64,000 nt of DNA from the human T2T-CHM13v2.0 reference genome, Homo sapiens. The notes under the pieces are model-generated. The model made no database searches. It was not told the origin of the DNA and saw only the letters and a program-made list of their open reading frames with translations. Below, piece by piece: positions 50,101 through 64,000 of this stretch (its first letter is position 1; each line of letters begins with the position of its first letter). Where the stretch lies: positions 448,001 through 512,000 of the forward strand of contig CP068257.2 of NCBI GenBank assembly GCA_009914755.4, written 5' to 3'. The position numbers and the translations under genes were made by a program.

Positions 50101-53100
50101 CAGGGGACATTGTGACATATCTCTTCAATGATCACTCATGTGATGCATCTCTTGCCTAGGCTTTGCCTAGAGGGGACATTGTGACATATCTCTGCACTGA
50201 TCTCCCAGGTGCTGTAACTTTAGTCTAGGCTCTGGCTACACGGCATTGTGACATATCACTGCACTGATCAACCAGGTGATATAACTCTTGTATAGGCTCT
50301 ACCTACAGGGGGATTGTGACCTACCTCTGCTCTGATCACCCAGGTGATATAACTCTTCTCTAGGATCTGCCTACAGGGTACTTTGTGACATATCCCTGCA
50401 CTGATCACCCAGGTGATCTAACTCTGGTCTAAGCTCTTCCTAAAGGGGCATTGTGACAGATCTCTGCACTGATCACTCAGGTGATGTAACTGTTGTCTAG
50501 GCTCTGCTTCAAGGGGCCTTGTCACAAGTCTCTGCACTGATCACCGAGGTGATGTAACTCTTTTCTAGCCTCTGCTTTCACGGCATATTGTGACATATCC
50601 ATGCGCTGATCACCTTAGTGATGTAACACTTGTGTAGGCTCGGCCTACAGGGGAATCTTGACATATCTCTGCACTGTTAACCGAGGTGATTTAACTCTTC
50701 TCTAGGCTGTGCCCACAGGGGTATTGAGACATATCTCTGCACTGATCCCGAGGTGATCCAACTCTTGCCTGGTCTCTGCCTACTGGGGACATTGTGACAT
50801 ATCTCTGCACTGATCTCCCTTGTGCTGCAACATTCGTCTAGGCTCTGGCTACACGACATTGTGACATATCAGTGCACTGATCACATAGGTGATATAACTC
50901 TTGTCTAGGCTCTGCCTACAATGGTCTTGTGACATATCTCTGCACTGATCACCCAGGTGATATAACTATTCTCTAGGATCTGACCACAGGGTGCTTTGTG
51001 ATGTATCCCTGCAATGATCACCCAGGTGATATACCACTTGCCAATGCTCTGCCTACAGGGGCATTGCAATGTATCTCAGCACTGATCACCCAGGTCTTGT
51101 AACTCTTTTCTAGGATCTGCCTACAGGGTGTTTGTGACGTATCCCAGCAAGTATTACCCAGGTGATGTACTGCTCATCAAGGCTCTGCCTACAGGCACAT
51201 TGCGATGTATCTCTGCACTGATCACCTAGGTCATGTAACCTTTGTCTAGTCTCTGCCTACGATGGCATTGTGACATATTTCTGCACTAATCATCCAAGTG
51301 ATGTAACTCTTTTCTAGGATCTGCCTACATTAACTTTGTGACATAATCCTGTACTGATCATCCAGGTGATGGGGTTTTTGTCTAGGCTCTGCCTAAGGGG
51401 GCATTGTGACATATTTCTGCATTGATCACCCAGGTGGTGAACTCTTCTCTTGGATCTGCCTATGGGGGCATTGTGACAAATCTCTGCACTGATCACCCAG
51501 GTGTCGTAACTGTTGTGTAACCTCTGCCTACAGGGGAATTGTGAGAGATCTCGCCACTGATCACCCAAGTGATGTAACCATTGTCTAGGCTTTGCGTACA
51601 GGGGGCTTTGTGACATACCTTTGCACTGATCACCCAGGTGATGTAACACATCTAAGTTCGGCCTAAAGGAGCTTTGTGACATATCTCTGCACTGATCACT
51701 TAGGTGATGTAACACTTTTATAAGAACTGCCTACAGGGAATTTTGACAAATATGTACACTGATCACCTAGGTGATGTAACTCTTGTCTACCCTCTGTCCA
51801 ACGGGGCATTGTGAAATATCTCTGCACTGCTGACCCAGGTGATTCAACTCTTGACTAGGATCTGCCTACAGAGGATATTGTGAAATATCTCTGCACTGAA
51901 AAACTAGGTGGTGTAACCCTTGTCCAAGTTTTCCCTACAGGGGCGTTTTCACATATCCCTGAACTGATGACAAAGGTGATGTAACTCTTGCCTATGCTTT
52001 GCCTACAGGGGACATTGGACATATATCTGCACTGATCACCCAGGTGATGCAACTCTTGCCTAGGCTTTGCCTACAGGGGACATTGTGACATATCTCTTCA
52101 ATGATCACCCATGTGATGCAACGCTTGCCTAGGCTTTGCCTACAGGGGACATTGTGACATATCTCTGCACTGATTTCCCAGGTGCTGTAACTTTAGGCTA
52201 GGCTCTGGCTACACGGCATTGTGATATATCACTGCACTGAACAACCAGGTGATATAACCCCTGTATAGGCTCTGTCTACAGGGGGCTTGTGACATATCTC
52301 TCCACGGATCACCCAGGTGATATAGCTCTTCTCTAGGATCTGCCTACAGGGTGCTTTGTGACATATCCCTGCACTGATCACCCTGGTGATCTAACTCTTG
52401 TCTAAGCTCTTCCTAAAGGGGCATTGTGACAGATCTCTGCACTGATCACTCAGGTGATGTAACTGTTGTCTAGGCTCTGCTTCAAGGGGCCTTGTCACAA
52501 ATCTCTGCACTGATCACCCAGGTGATGTAACTCTTGTCTAGGCTCTGCTTCCAGGGCATATTGTGACATATCTATGCACTGATCACCTTAGTGATGTAAC
52601 ACTTGTGTAGGCTCGGCCTACAGGGGAATCTTGACATACTCTGCACTGTTAAACGAGGTGATTTAACTCTTCTCTAGGCTGTGCCCACAGGAGGATTGAG
52701 ACATATCTCTGCACTGATCCCGAGGTGATCCAACTCTTGCCTGGTGTCTGCCTACTGGGGACATTGTGACATATCTCTGCACTGATCTCCCTTGTGCTGC
52801 AACTTTAGTCTAGGTTCTGGATACACGACATTGTGACATATCAGTGCACTGATCACATAGGTGATATAACTCTTGTCTAGGCTCTGCGTACAATGGTCTT
52901 GTGACATATCTCTGCACTGATCATCCAGGTGATATAACTATTCTCTAGGATCTGACCACAGGGTGCTTTGTGACATATCCCTGCAATGATCACCCAGGTG
53001 ATATACCACTTGCCAAGGCTCTGCCTACAGGGGCATTGCAATGTATCTCAGCACTGATCACCTAGGTCTTGTAACTCTTTTCTAGGATATGCCTACAGGG

Positions 53101-56100
53101 TGCTTTGTGACGTATCCCAGCAAGGATTACCCGGGTGATGTACCGCTCATCAAGGCTCTGCCTACAGGCACATTGCGATGTATCTCTGCACTGATCACCT
53201 AGGTCATGTAACCTTTGTCTAGTCTCTGCCTACGATGGCATTGTGACATATTTCTGCACTAATCATCCAACTGATGTAACTCTTGTCTAGGATCTGCCTA
53301 CATTAACTTTGTGATATAATCCTGTACTGATCATCCAGGTGATGGGGTTTTTGTCTAGGCTCTGCCTAAGGGGGTATTGTGACATATTTCTGCATTGATC
53401 ACCCAGGTGGCGAACTCTTCTCTTGTATCTGCCTATGCGGGCATTGTGACAAATCTCTGCACTGATCACCCAGGTGTCGTAACTGTTGTGTAACCTCTGC
53501 CTACAGGGGAATTGTGAGAGATCTCGCCACTGATCACCCAAGTGATGTAACCATTGTCTACGCTATGCGTACAGGGGGCTTTGTGACATACCTTTGCACT
53601 GATCACCCAGGTGATGTAACACATCTAAGTTCGGCCTAAAGGAGCTTTGTGACATATCTCTGCACTGATCACTTAGGTGATGTACCACTTTTATAAGCAC
53701 TGCCTACAGGGAATTTTGACAAATCTGTACACTGATCACCTAGGTGATGTAACTCTTGTCTACCCTCTGTCCAACGGGGCATTGTGAAATATCTCTGCAC
53801 TGATGACCCAGGTGATTCAACTCTTGACTAGGAACTGCCTACAGAGGTTATTGTGAAATATCTCTGCACTGATAAACTAGGTGGTGTAACCCTTGTCCAA
53901 GTTCTGCCTACAGGGGCGTTTTCACATATCCCTGAACTGATGACAAAGGTGATGTAACTCTTGCCTAGGCTTTGCCTACAGGGGACATTGGACATATATC
54001 TGCACTGATCACCCAGGTGATGCAACTCTTGCTTAGGGTTTGCCTACAGGGGACATTGTGACATATCTCTTCAATGATCACCCATGTGATGCAACTCTTG
54101 CCTAGGCTTTGCCTACAGGGGACATTGTGACATATCTCTGCACTGATTTCCCAGGTGCTGTAACTTTAGGCTAGGCTCTGGCTACACGGCATCGTGACAT
54201 ATCACTGCACTGAACAACCAGGTGATATAACCACTGTATAGGCTCTGCCTACATGGGGCTTGTGACATATCTCTGCACGGATCACCCAGGTGATATAGCT
54301 CTTCTCTAGGATCTGCCTACAGGGTGCTTTGTGATATATCCCTGCACTGATCACCCAGGTGATCTAACTCTGGTCTAAGCTCTTCCTAAAGGGGCATTGT
54401 GACAGATCTCTGCACTGATCACTCAGGTGTTGTAACTGTTGTCTAGGCTCTGCATCAAGGGGCCTTGTCACAACTCTCTGCATTGATCACCCAGGTGATG
54501 TAACTCTTGTCTAGGCTCTGCTTCCAGGGCATATTGTGACATATCTATGCACTGATCACCTTAGTGATGTAACACTTGTGTAGGCTCGGCCTACAGGGGA
54601 ATCTTGACATATCTCTGCACTGTTAACCGAGGTGATTTAATTCTTCTCTAGGCTGTGCCCACAAGGGATTGAGACATATCTCTGCACTGATCCCGAGGTG
54701 ATCCAACTCTTGCCTGGTCTCTGCCTACTGGGGACATTGTGACATATCTCTGCACTGATCTCCCTTGTGCTGCAACTTTCGTCTAGGCTCTGGCTACACG
54801 ACATTGTGACATATCAGTGCACTGATCACATAGGTGATATAACTCTTGTCTAGGCTCTGCCTACAATGGTCTTGTGACATATCTCTGCACTGATCACCCA
54901 GGTGATATAACTATTCTCTAGGATCTGACCACAGGGTGCTTTGTGACATATCCCTGCAATGATCACCCAGGTGATATACCACTTGCCAAGGCTCTGCCTA
55001 CAGGGGCATTGCAATGTATCTCAACACTGCTCACCTAGGTCTTGTAACTCTTTTCTAGGATCTGCCTACAGGGTGCTTTGTGACGTATCCCAGCGAGGAG
55101 TACCCAGGGGATGTACCGCTCATCAAGGCTCTGCCTACAGGCACATTGCGATGAATCTCTGCACTGATCACCTAGGTCATGTAACCTTTGTCTAGTCTCT
55201 GCCTATGATGGCATTGTGACATATGTCTGCACTAATCATCCAAGTGATGTAACTCTTGTCTAGGATCTGCCTACATTAACTTTGTGACATAATCCTGTAC
55301 TGATCATCCAGGTGATGGGGTTTTTGTCTAGGCTCTGCCTAAGGGGGCATTGTGACATATTTCTGCGTTGATCACCCAGGTGGTGAACTCTTCTCTTGGA
55401 TCTGCCTATGGGGGCATTGTGACAAATCTCTGCACTGATCACCCAGGTGATGTAACTGTTGTGTAACCTCTGCCTACAGGGGAATTGTGAGAGATCTCGC
55501 CACTGATCACCCAAGTGATATAACCATTGTCTAGGCTTTGCGTACAGGCGGCTTTGTGACATACCTTTGCACTGATCAGCCAGGTGATGTAACACATCTA
55601 AGTTCGGCCTATAGGAGCTTTGTGACATATCTCTGCACTGATCACTTAGGTGATGTAACACTTTTATAAGCACTGCCTGCAGGGAATTTTGACAAATCTG
55701 TACACTGATCACCTAGGTGATGTAACTCTTGTCTACCCTCTGTCCAACGGGGCATTGTGAAATATCTCTGCACTGATGACCCAGGTGATTCAACTCTTGA
55801 CTAGGATCTGCCTACAGAGGTTATTGTGAAATATCTCTGCACTGATAAACTAGGTGGTGTAAACCTTGTCCAAGTTCTGCCTACAGGGGCGTTTTCACAT
55901 ATCCCTGAACTGATGACAAAGGTGATGTAACTCTTGCCTAGGCTTTGCCTACAGGGGACATTGTGACATATCTCTTCAATGATCACCCATGTGATGCAAC
56001 TCTTGCCTAGGCTTTGCCTACAGGGGACATTGTGACATATCTCTGCACTGATTTCCCAGGTGCTGTAACTTTAGGCTAGGCTCTGGCTACACGGCATTGT

Positions 56101-59100
56101 GATATATCACTGCACTGAACAACCAGGTGATATAACCCCTGTATAGGCTCTGTCTACAGGGGGCTTGTGACATATCTCTGCACGGATCACCCAGGTGATA
56201 TAGCTCTTCTCTAGGATCTGCCTACAGGGTGCTTTGTGACATATCCCTGCACTGATCACCCTGGTGATCTAACTCTGGTTTAAGCTCTTCCTAAAGGGGC
56301 ATTGTGACAGATCTCTGCACTGATCACTCAGGTGATGTAACTGTTGTCTAGGCTCTGCTTCAAGGGGCCTTGTCACAAATCTCTGCACTGATCACCCAGG
56401 TGATGTAACTCTTGTCTAGGCTCTGCTTCCAGGGCATATTGTGACATATCTATGCACTGATCACCTTAGTGATGTAACACTTGTGTAGGCTCGGCCTACA
56501 GGGGAATCTTGACATACTCTGCACTGTTAAACGAGGTGATTTAACTCTTCTCTAGGCTGTGCCCACAGGAGGATTGAGACATATCCCTGCACTGATCCCG
56601 AGGTGATCCAACTCTTGCCTGGTCTCTGCCTACTGGGGACATTGTGACATATCTCTGCAGTGATCTCCCAGGTCCTGCAACTTTAGTCTAGGCTCTGGCT
56701 ACACGACATTGTGACATATCACTGCACTGATCACCCAGGTGATATAACTCTTGTCTAGGCTCTGCCTACAATGGTCATGTGACATATCTCTGCACTGATC
56801 ACCCAGGTGATATAACTATTCTCTAGGATCTGACCACAGGGTGCTTTGGGCATATCCCTGCAATGATCACCCAGGTGATATACCACTTGCCAAGGCTCTG
56901 CCTACAGGGGCATTGCAATGTATGTCTGCACTGATCACCTAGGCCTTGTAACTCTTTTCTAGGATCTGCCTACAGGGTGCTTTGTGACGTATCCCAGCAA
57001 GGATTACCCAGGTGATGTACCGCTCATCAAGGCTCTGCCTACAGGCACATCGCGATGTATCTCTCCACTGATCACCTAGGTCATGTAACCATTGTCTAGG
57101 CTCTGCCTACGATGGCATTGTGACATATCTCTGCACTAATCATCCAAGTGATGTAACACTTGTCTAGGATCTGCCTAAATTAACATTGTGACATAACCCT
57201 GTACTGATCATCCAGGTGATGGGGCTTTTGTCTAGGCTCTGCCTAAGGGGGCATTGTGACATATTTCTGCATTGATCACCCAGGTGGCGAACTCTTCTCT
57301 TGGATCTGCCTATGGGGGCATTGTGACAAATCTCTGCACTGATCACCCAGGTGACGTAACTGTTGTGTAACCTCTGCCGACAGGGGAATTGTGAGAGATC
57401 TCGCCACTGATTACCCAAGTGATATAACCATTGTCTAGGCTTTGCGTACAGGCGGCTTTGTGACATACCTTTGCACTGATCACCCAGGTGATGTAACACA
57501 TCTATGTTCGGCCTAAAGGCGCTTTGTGACATATCTCTGCACTGATCACTTAGGTGATGTAACACTTTTATAACCACTGCCTACAGGGAATTTTGACAAA
57601 TCTGTACACTGATCACCTAGGTGACGTAACTCTTGTCTACCCTCTGTCCAACGGGTCATTGTGAAATATCTCTGCACTGATCACCCAGGTGATTCAATTC
57701 TTGACTAGGATCTGCCTACAGAGGTTATTGTGAAATATCTCTGCACTGATAAACTAGGTGGTGTAAACCTTGTCCAAGCTCTGACTACAGGGGCGTTTTC
57801 ACATATCCCTGAACTGATGACAGAGGTGATGTAACACTTGCCTAGGCTTTGCCTACAGGGGACATTGGTCATATATCTGCACTGATCTCCCAGGTGATGC
57901 AACTCTGGCCTAGGCTTTGCCTACAGGGGACATTGTGACATATCTCTTCAATGATCACCCATGTGATGCAACTCTTGCCTAGGCTTTGCCTAAAGGGGAC
58001 ATTGTGACATATCTCTGCACTGATCTCCCAGGTGCTGTAACTTTAGTCTAGGCTCTGGCTAGACGGCATTGTGACATATCACTGCACTGATCAACCAGGT
58101 GATACAACTCTTGTATAGGCTCTGCCTACAGGGGGCTTGTGACATATCTCTGCACTGATCACCCAGGTGATATAGCTCTTCTCTAGGATCTGCCTACAGG
58201 GTGCTTTGTGACATATCCCTGCACTGATCACCCAGGTGATCTAACTCTGGTCTAAGCTCTGCCTAAAGGGTCATTGTGACAGATCTCTGCACTGATCACT
58301 CAGGTGATGTGACTGTTGTCTAGGCTCTGCTTCAAGGGGCCTTGTCACATATCTCTGCACTGATCACCCAGGTGATGTAACTCTTGTCTAGGCTCTGCTT
58401 CCAGGGCATATTGTGACATATCTATGCACTGATCACCTTAGTGATGTAACACTTGTGTAGGCTCGGCCTACAGGGGAATCTTGACATATCTCTGCACTGT
58501 TAACCGAGGTGATTTAACTCTTGTCTAGGCTGTGCCCACAGGGGGTTTGAGACATATCTCTTCACTGATCCCGAGGTGATCCAACTCTTGCCTGGTCTCT
58601 GCCTACTGGGGACATTGTGACATATCTCTGCACTGATCTCCCAGGTGCTGCAACTTTAGTCTAGGCTCTGGGTACACGACATTGTGAAATATCACTGCAC
58701 TGATCACCCAGGTGATATAACTCTTGTCTAGGCTCTGCCTACAATGGTCTTGTGACATATCTCTGCACTGATCACCCAGGTGATATAACTATTCTCTAGG
58801 ATCTGACCACAGGGTGCTGTGTGACATATCCCTGCAATGATCACCCAGGTGATATACCACTTGCCAAGGCTCTGCCTACATGGGCATTGCAATGTATCAC
58901 TGCATTGATCACCTAGGTCTTGTAACCCTTTTCTAGGATCTGCCTACAGGGTGCTTTGTGACGTATCCCAGCAAGGATTACCCAGGTGATATACCGCTCA
59001 TCAAGGCTCTGCCTACAGGCACATTGCGATGTATCTCTGCACTGATCACCTAGGTCATGTAAGCTTTGTCCAGGCTCTGCCTACGATGGCATTGTGACAT

Positions 59101-62100
59101 ATCTCTGCACTAATCATCCAAGTGATGTAACACTTGTCTAGGATCTGCCTAAATTAACTTTTTGACATAACCCTGTACTGATCATCCAGGTGATGGAGCT
59201 TTTGTCTAGGCTCTGCCTAAGGGGGCATTGTGACATATTTCTGCATTGATCACCCAGGTGGCGAACTCTTCTATTGGATCTGCCTATGGGGGCATTGTGA
59301 CAAATCTCTGCACTGATCACCCAGGTGACGTAACTGTTGTGTAACCTCTGCCGACAGGGGAATTGTGAGAGATCTCGCCACTGATCACCCAAGTGATGTA
59401 ACCATTGTCTACGCTTTGCGTACAGGTGGCTTTGTGACATACCTTTGCACTGATCACCCAGGTGATGTAACACATCTATGTTCGGCCTAAAGGAGCTTTG
59501 TGACATATCTCTGCACTGATCACTTAGGTGATGTAACACTTTTATAACCACTGCCAACAGGGAATTTTGACAAATCTGTACACTGATCACCTAGGTGACG
59601 TAACTCTTGTCTACCCTCTGTCCAACGGGTCATTGTGAAATATCTCTGCACTGATCACCCAGGTGATTCAACTCTTGACTAGGATCTGCCTACAGAGGTT
59701 ATTGTGAAATATCTCTGCACTGATAAACTAGGTGGTGTAAGACTTGTCCAAGCTCTGCCTACAGGGGCGTTTTCACATATCCCTGAACTGACGACAGAGG
59801 TGATGTAACACTTGCCTAGGCTTTGCCTACAGGGGACATTGGACATATATCTGCACTGATCTCCCAGGTGATGCAACAATGGCCTAGGCTTTGCCTACAG
59901 GGGACATTGTGACATATCTCTGCACTGATCTCCCAGGTGCTGTAACTTTAGTCTAGGCTCTGGCTACACGGCCTTGTGACATATCACTGCACTGATCAAC
60001 CAGGTGATATAACTCTTGTATTGGCTCTGCCTACAGGGGGCTTGTGACATATCTCTGCACTGATCACCCAGGTGATATAGCTCTTCTCTAGGATCTCCCT
60101 ACAGGGTGCTTTGTGACATATCCCTGCACTGATCACCCAGGTGATCTAACTCTGGTCTAAGCTCTACCTAAATGGGCATTGTGACAGATCTCTGCACTGA
60201 TCACCCAGGTGATGTACTTGTTGTCTACGCTCTGCTTCAAGGGGCCTTGTCACATATCTCTGCACTGATCACCCAGGTGATGTAACTCTTGTCTAGGCTC
60301 TGCTTGCAGGGCATATTGTGACATATCTATGCACTGATCACCTTAGTGATGTACCACTTGTGTAGGCTCGGCCTACAGGGGAATCTTGACAAATCCCTGC
60401 ACTGTTAACCGAGGTGATTTAACTCTTGTCTAGGCTGTGCCCACAGGGGGTTTGAGACATATCTCTGCACTGATCTCGAGGTGATCCAACTCTTGCCTGG
60501 TCTCTGCCTACTGGGGACATTGTGACATATCTCTGCACTGATCTCCCAGGTGCTGCAACTTTAGTCTAGGCTCTGGGTACACGACATTGTGACATATCAC
60601 TGCACTGATCACCCAGGTGATATAACTCTTGTCTAGGCTCTGCCTACAATGGTCTTGTGACATATCTCTGCACTGATCACCCAGGTGATATAACTATTCT
60701 CTAGGATCTGACCACAGGGTGCTGTGTGACATATCCCTGCAATGATCACCCAGGTGATATACCACTTGCCAAGTCTCTGCCTACATGGGCATTGCAATGT
60801 ATCTCTACACTGATCACCTAGGTCTTGTAACTCTTTCTAGGATCTGCCTACAGGGTGCTTTGTGACGTATCCCAGCAAGGATTACCCAGGTGATGTACCG
60901 CTCATCAAGGCTCTGCCTACAGGCACATCGCGATGTATCTCTGCACTGATCACCTAGGTCATGTAACCTTTGTCTAGGCTCTGCCTACGATGGCATTGTG
61001 ACATATCTCTGCACTAATCATCCAAGTGATGTAACACTTGTCTAGGATCTGCCTAAATTAACTTTGTGACATAACCCTGTACTGATCATCCAGGTGATGT
61101 GGCTTTTGTCTAGGCTCTGCCTAAGGGGGCATTGTGACATATTTCTGCATTGATCACCCAGGTGGCGAACTCTTCTCTTGGATCCGCCTATGGGGGCATT
61201 GTGACAAATCTCTGCACTGATCACCCAGGTGACGTAACTGTTGTGTAACCTCTGCCGACAGGGGAATTGTGAGAGATCTCGCCACTGATCACCCAAGTGA
61301 TGTAACCATTGTCTAGGCTTTGCGTACAGGCGGCTTTGTGACATACCTTTGCACTGATCACCCAGGTGATGTAACACATCTATGTTCGGCCTAAAGGAGC
61401 TTTGTGACATATCTCTGCACTGATCACTTAGGTGATGTAACACTTTTATAACCACTGCCTACAGGGAATTTTGACAAATCTGTACACTGATCACCTAGGT
61501 GACGTAACTCTTGTCTACCCTCTGTCCAACGGGTCATTGTGAAATATCTCTGCACTGATCACCCAGGTGATTCAACTCTTGACTAGGATCTGCCTACAGA
61601 GGTTATTGTGAAATATCTCTGCACTGATAAACTAGGTGGTGTAAGCCTTGTCCAAGCTCTGCCTACAGGGGCGTTTGCACATATCCCTGAACTGATGACA
61701 GAGGTGATGTTACACTTGCCTAGGCTTTGCCTACAGGGGACATTGGACATATATCTGCAGTGATCTCCCAGGTGATGCAACTCTGGCCTAGGCTTTGACT
61801 ACAGGGGACATTGTGACATATCTCTTCAATGATCACCCATGTGATGCAACTCTTGCCTAGGCTTTGCCTAAAGGGGACATTGTGACATATCTCTGCACTG
61901 ATCTCCCAGGTGCTGTAACTTTAGTCTAGGCTCTGGCTACACGGCATTGTGACATATCACTGCACTGATCAACCAGGTGATATAACTCTTGTATAGGCTC
62001 TGCCTACAGGGGGATTGTGACATATCTCTGCACTGATCACCCAGGTGATATAGCTCTTCCTTAGGATCTGCCTACAGGGTGCTTTGTGACATATCCCTGC

Positions 62101-64000
62101 ACTGATCACCCAGGTGATCTAACTCTGGTCTAAGCTCTGCCTAAAGGGGCATTGTGACAGACCTCTGCACTGATCACTCAGGTGATGTAACTGTTGTCTA
62201 GGCTCTGCTTCAAGGGGCCTTGTCACATATCTCTGCACTGATCACCCAGGTGATGTAACTCTTGTCTAGGCTCTGCTTCCAGGGCATATTGTGACATATC
62301 TATGCACTGATCACCTTAGTGATGTAACACTTGTGTAGGCTCGGCCTACAGGGGAATCTTGACATATCTCTGCACTGTTAACCGAGGTGATTTAACTCTT
62401 GTCTAGGCTGTGCCCACAGGGGGATTGAGACATATCTCTGCACTGAACCCGAGGTGATCCAACTCTTGCCTGGTCTCTGCCTACTGGGGACATTGTGACA
62501 TATCTCTGCACTGATCTCCCAGGTGCTGCAACTTTAGTCTAGGCTCTGGCTACACGACATTGTGACATATCACTGCACTGATCACCCAGGTGATATAACT
62601 CTTGTCTAGGCTCTGCCTACAATGGTCTTGTGACATATCTCTGGACTGATAACCCAGGTGGTATAACTATTCTCTAGGATCTGACCACAGGGTGCTTTGG
62701 GACATATCTCTTCAATGATCACCCAGGTGATATACCACTTGCCAAGGCTCTGCCTACAGGGGCATTGCAATGTATCTCTGCACGGATCACCTAGGTCTTG
62801 TAACTCCTTTCTAGGATCTGCCTACAGGGTGCTTTGTGACGTATACCAGCAAGGATTACTCAGGTGATGTACCGCTCATCAAGGCTCTGCCTACAGGCAC
62901 ATCGCGATGTATCTCTGCACTGATCACCTAGGTCATGTAAACTTTGTCTAGGCTCTGCCTACGATGGCATTGTGACATATCTCTGCACTAATCATCCAAG
63001 TGATGTAACACTTGTCTAGGATCTGCCTAAATTAACTTTGTGACATAAACCTGTACTGATCATCCAGGTGATGGGGCTTTTGTCTAGGCTCTGCCTAAGG
63101 GGGCATTGTGACATATTTCTGCATTGATCACCCAGGTGGCGAACTCTTCTCTTGGATCTGCCTATGGGTTCATTGTGACAAATCTCTACACTGATCACCC
63201 AGGTGACGTAACGGTTGTGTAACCTCTGCCGACAGGGGAATTGTGAGAGATCTCGCCACTGATCACCCAAGTGATGTAACCATTGTCTAGGCTTTGCGTA
63301 CAGGCGGCTTTGTGACATACCTTTGCACTGATCACCCAGGTGATGTAACACATCTATGTTCGGCCTAAAGGCGCTTTGTGACATATCTCTGCACTGATCA
63401 CTTAGGTGATGTAACACTTTTATAACCACTGCCTACAGGGAATTTTGACAAATCTGTACCCTGATCACCTAGGTGACGTAACTCTTGTCTACCCTCTGTC
63501 CAACGGGTCATTGTGAAATATCTCTGCACTGATCACCCAGGTGATTCAACTCTTGACTAGGATCTGCCTACAGAGGTTATTGTGAAATATCTCTGCACTG
63601 ATAAACTAGGTGGTGTAACCCTTGTCGAAGCTCTGCCTACAGGGGCGATTTCACATATCCCTGAACTGATGACCGAGGTGATGTAACACATGCCTATGCT
63701 TTGCCTACAGGGGACATTGGACATATATCTGCACTGAACTCCCAGGTGATGCAACTCTGGCCTAGGCTTTGCCTACAGGGGACATTGTGACATATCTCTT
63801 CAATGATCACCCATGTGATGCAACTCTTGCCTAGGCTTTGTCTAAAAGGGACATTGTGACATATCTCTGCACTGATCTAGCAGGTGCTGTAACTTTAGTC
63901 TAGGCTCTGGCTACACGGCATTGTGACATATCACTGCACTGATCAACCAGGTGATATAACTCTTGTATAGGCTCTGCCTACAGGGGGCTTGTGACATATC

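Larger units (their letters stand above)
27000..51250. repeat. Central HOR sequence type of the beta array. The flanking type occupies 20.9-27.0 kb and 51.25-64 kb.
   Basis: The flanking-type HOR carries an uninterrupted 137-codon repeat-derived ORF (MxIKVLHHLSDQCRDMSQ...) and the ENAPVGRTWTRV variant, at 21234, 23138, 26538, 51314, 55260, 57164, 59138, 61042 and 63016. The central block lacks the long ORF and carries GNAPVGRAWTRV, QKVNFGTS and related variants. Boundaries are approximate. Confidence 0.5.
20875..64000 (-). repeat. Beta satellite (68 bp Sau3A-family monomers) organised in ~1.9 kb higher-order repeats. The array continues past the window end.
   Basis: 68 bp periodicity (e.g. 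tgtgac at 21392 and tgtgag at 21460). Every monomer contains GATCA (ctgatcacccaggtgatgtaac...ctaggctctgcctacaggggcattgtgacatatctctgca). The marker gtgagagatctcg recurs at 21461, 23365, 25338, 26765, 28671 ... 63243. Strand is arbitrary for a satellite; it is listed as '-' only because the repeat-derived ORFs fall on that strand. Confidence 0.9.

Noticed and set aside
21234-63429. Recurrent 60-150 aa ORFs on the - strand of the beta satellite (MHHLGDQCRYMSNVPCRQSLGK..., MxIKVLHHLSDQCRDMSQ...).
   Set aside because: The peptides are the 68 bp monomer read in three cycling frames (68 = 3x22+2). They recur once per HOR copy, 23 times in tandem, as satellite DNA. There are no promoter or RBS-like signals and no similarity to known protein folds. 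They are used here only as convenient phase markers.
20875-64000. Possibility that the 1.9 kb tandem repeats are a gene family, rDNA-related units or a CRISPR-like array.
   Set aside because: The internal 68 bp periodicity with a GATC in every monomer is the signature of beta (Sau3A) satellite. There are no spacer/repeat alternation, no rRNA-like segments and no coding potential.
1-64000. A hidden novel functional system (defence island, operon, gene cluster) as suggested by the task prompt.
   Set aside because: Every part of the window is accounted for by tandem satellite repeats, and the longest non-repetitive stretch is under 40 bp. The window is eukaryotic (primate) heterochromatin. Nothing supports a coding or RNA-gene system. 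The biologically interesting content is repeat architecture.

Overview
The whole 64 kb window is tandem satellite DNA of a primate (human or great-ape) pericentromeric or acrocentric-short-arm type. I cannot support any protein-coding gene, tRNA, rRNA, CRISPR array or intact mobile element. I cannot confirm a novel biological system. The most unusual items are the Alu-bearing satellite subfamily and the recent segmental expansions in the beta-satellite array.

Three domains are visible:
- **1 to ~8,140:** an HSat3-like (ATTCC)n pentameric satellite. The + strand is the C-rich strand. It carries 24 copies of a ~60 bp antisense Alu 3'-end fragment, spaced irregularly ~120-540 bp apart (mean ~340 bp). 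Every copy has the same truncation point and the same shared CpG-decay changes. The Alu piece is therefore part of the amplified satellite unit, not 24 independent insertions.
- **~8,140 to ~20,870:** a diverged (ATTCC)n/(ACTCC)n satellite with no Alu pieces.
- **~20,875 to 64,000:** after an abrupt, spacer-free junction at ~20,870-20,880, beta satellite (68 bp Sau3A/GATC monomers) runs to the window end. It is organised in higher-order repeats (HORs) of mostly 28 monomers (1,904-1,906 bp) or 29 monomers (1,973-1,974 bp), with 21-, 26- and 27-mer variants.

Inside the beta array there is a ~7.6 kb super-unit of four HORs. It is tandemly duplicated at ~27.0-34.6 kb and 34.6-41.6 kb at ~99% identity. 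A near-identical adjacent HOR pair is nested inside each copy.

A central HOR sequence type (~27-51 kb) is flanked on both sides by an older-looking type (21-27 kb and 51-64 kb).

Every ORF in the supplied track is a stop-codon-free artefact of the repeats. (ATTCC)n translates as HSIPF on one strand and GMEWN on the other. The beta monomers give cycling 'HHLGDQCR...' peptides.
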